Positions 33,643 through 35,367 of a DNA stretch of 35,367 nucleotides are shown here, one piece after another. The translations under genes were made by a program, and so were the position numbers. The notes beneath the pieces were generated by a model that saw only the letters and a program-made list of their open reading frames with translations, made no database searches and was not told the DNA's origin. Every line of letters begins with the position of its first letter. Position 1 is the first letter of the stretch. The stretch lies in assembly GCA_013205365.1 (NCBI GenBank), contig JABMNC010000070.1, positions 1-35,367 on the forward strand. Reading direction: 5' to 3'. The DNA is from Cryomorphaceae bacterium. Its GTDB lineage: Bacteria > Bacteroidota > Bacteroidia > Flavobacteriales > Schleiferiaceae.

Positions 33643-34983
33643 ATGAACCAAGCCCTGCACGCGCTCTCGCCCCTCGACGGCCGCTATCAAAAGAATGCTG
33701 CCCCGCTGCGCCCCTACTTCTCGGAATTTGGCCTTATTCGCTACCGTGTTTTGGTCGAGGTCCGCTACTTTATTGCTCTATCGGCACTGAACCTCAAGGG
33801 ATTACCTTCTCTAAACACTGCACAAACCGCCGAGCTCCACCTCATTTACTCCGACTTTAAAGAGTCCGACGCTCTGCAAATCAAAGAAATTGAGGCGACC
33901 ATTAACCACGACGTCAAGGCCGTCGAGTACTTTCTCAAAGAACGCTTTGAAGCCCTGGGAATGGGCGACCGAGTGGAATTTATTCACTTCGGACTCACCT
34001 CCCAAGACGTCAACAACACCGCGATTCCGCTCTCCCTTCTCGAGGCCCATCGCGACGTGCTTCGGCCGGCCTTGGTCGAACTTATGGACCGTTTGGAGTC
34101 TCAGGCATCCGAGTGGGACCAACTTCCCATGCTTGCCCGCACCCACGGCCAGCCTGCCTCCCCTACCCGACTGGGCAAGGAATGGCGCGTATTTCGCGAA
34201 CGCCTCAGCCAGCAGCTTCAGCTTCTGGACGGTCTTCCCTTCGCAGGCAAGTTTGGCGGAGCTACCGGCAACTTTAACGCCCACAGCGTGGCCTACCCCG
34301 GAGTGGATTGGCACCACTTTGCTTCGGGTTTTTTGCGCGATGAGCTGGGCTTGCTGCGCAGCCATCCCACGACGCAAATTGAGCACTACGACTATTTAGC
34401 AGCCTACTGCGACGCACTCAAGCGCCTGAACACCATCATGATTGACTTGGCGCGCGACGCCTGGCAGTACATCTCTATGGACTACTTCAAGCAGCGCATT
34501 AATCCCAACGAAGTGGGATCCTCTGCGATGCCGCATAAGGTCAACCCCATAGACTTTGAAAATGCCGAGGGCAACTTTGGTATTGCCAACGCCTGGCTTG
34601 AGCACCTGGCGGCCAAGCTGCCCATCAGCCGGCTGCAGCGCGACCTCACCGATTCTACGGTCTTGCGCAACGTGGGCATGCCCCTTGGCCACATGCTGCT
34701 CGCCTACTCCAGCCTTCAGCGCGGACTCGGTAAGTTGGTAGTACACGAGGCCGCCATCGCGGCCGACCTCGAGAACCATTGGGAAGTGGTCGCAGAAGGT
34801 CTTCAAACCATTCTGCGGCGTGAAGGCTATCCCAAACCCTATGAAGCGCTTAAAGCACTTACGCGCACTTCGGGAAGGGTTACCTCCGACGTCATTGCAG
34901 CCTTCATTGAAGGATTGGCGGTTAGCGAAGAAGTCAAGGCAGAGCTTCGCTCGCTGACTCCCTCGAACTACACCGGGCAATGA
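33643..34983 (+). CDS. purB: adenylosuccinate lyase
   Basis: 446 aa. LSPLDGRY N-terminus and fumarate-lyase signature GSSAMPHKVNP. Confidence 0.95.
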   Translation: MNQALHALSPLDGRYQKNAAPLRPYFSEFGLIRYRVLVEVRYFIALSALNLKGLPSLNTAQTAELHLIYSDFKESDALQIKEIEATINHDVKAVEYFLKERFEALGMGDRVEFIHFGLTSQDVNNTAIPLSLLEAHRDVLRPALVELMDRLESQASEWDQLPMLARTHGQPASPTRLGKEWRVFRERLSQQLQLLDGLPFAGKFGGATGNFNAHSVAYPGVDWHHFASGFLRDELGLLRSHPTTQIEHYDYLAAYCDALKRLNTIMIDLARDAWQYISMDYFKQRINPNEVGSSAMPHKVNPIDFENAEGNFGIANAWLEHLAAKLPISRLQRDLTDSTVLRNVGMPLGHMLLAYSSLQRGLGKLVVHEAAIAADLENHWEVVAEGLQTILRREGYPKPYEALKALTRTSGRVTSDVIAAFIEGLAVSEEVKAELRSLTPSNYTGQ

Positions 34984-35367
34984 AGTATCCGGAGGTTGCG
35001 CCGATGGTTTTGGGCGAAACCGTCATTCCTTCGGGCTCTACCAAAACCGTAGACCTGCAGATTGCCCGGCTTCTCTCAGGAACCCTTATTCACATGCCGG
35101 TGCATGTCTTTCGCAGCGACCGCCCGGGCCCAACGGTGCTGCTCAGCGGCGGTCTTCACGGCGACGAGGTCAACGGCATCGAAGCCGTGCGTCGCATGAT
35201 GTCTCTGGGGCTTTTTGACAACCTCGAATGCGGCTCAATAATAGCCCTTCCCATTATTAATGTCTACGGATTCCTCTTTTTTAGCCGGGATGTTCCCGAC
35301 GGAAAAGACGTCAACCGAAGTTTTCCTGGTTCACCCCAGGGCTCCCTTGCGAGCTTGGTAGCCTACA
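34980..35367 (+). CDS. succinylglutamate desuccinylase/aspartoacylase (AstE/AspA, M14-like) family protein, 5' fragment running off the window
   Basis: Not in the ORF track because there is no stop in the window. My own translation from ATG 34980 (ATGA overlap with the purB stop) gives MKYPEVAPMVLGETVIPSG...LLSGGLHGDEVNG...DVNRSFPG, the zinc-binding pattern of this family. Confidence 0.75.
   Translation, partial: MKYPEVAPMVLGETVIPSGSTKTVDLQIARLLSGTLIHMPVHVFRSDRPGPTVLLSGGLHGDEVNGIEAVRRMMSLGLFDNLECGSIIALPIINVYGFLFFSRDVPDGKDVNRSFPGSPQGSLASLVAY

Noticed and set aside
1-35367. A genomic island or mobile element, searched for via integrases, transposases, tRNA-flanked boundaries, direct-repeat borders and abrupt compositional shifts.
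   Set aside because: None of these was seen. Gene content is housekeeping throughout, and composition looks uniform by eye.

Overview
This is a densely packed chromosomal core-genome segment with about 40 protein-coding genes. Intergenic gaps are mostly 0-120 nt, and there are many 4-nt ATGA/GTGA start-stop overlaps. It looks like a moderately GC-rich member of the Bacteroidota (Flavobacteriia/Cytophagia-like). Supporting signs are recurrent TAnnTTTG -7 promoter boxes, no obvious Shine-Dalgarno sequences, a Bacteroidota-type LptD-like OMP divergent from an amidase-MlaD operon, and a DUF4293 gene divergent from a rho gene with a large N-terminal insertion. Gene content, in order: a menaquinone operon (hotdog thioesterase-menF-menD-menB); thrS-infC-rpmI-rplT; ridA-lpdA-orphan ABC ATPase; a pabA/trpG-type amidotransferase; lptD-like; an AmiC-type amidase with SPOR domain; mlaD; a split membrane-bound HdrD/DsrK-like Fe-S oxidoreductase interrupted by a HAD phosphatase gene; a Nudix hydrolase; a CXXCH lipoprotein plus a DUF4920 lipoprotein; ilvE; a yfcH-like SDR; an MsbA-like ABC exporter; truA; a yfcE-like phosphoesterase; rho; pyrR-pyrB; mpl; plsC; an orphan HsdR_N-type PD-(D/E)xK protein; purB; and the 5' part of an AstE/AspA-family deacylase. 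I see no rRNA, tRNA, CRISPR array, transposase, integrase, phage or recognisable defence genes, so this reads as an ordinary housekeeping region rather than an accessory island. Four things stand out. (i) The rho insertion is encoded by about 24 near-identical in-frame 18-nt tandem repeats (R-G/A-P-R-D/E-D/E). (ii) Promoters and start codons are extremely compacted, including two head-to-head gene pairs whose ATGs overlap in a CATG palindrome. In the lptD/amidase pair each promoter box lies inside the other gene. (iii) There is an uncharacterised Fe-S/HAD/small-Cys-protein module. (iv) There is a heme-motif lipoprotein/DUF4920 pair. All functional calls come from reading the translated ORFs and the DNA by eye; no searches or computations were run.
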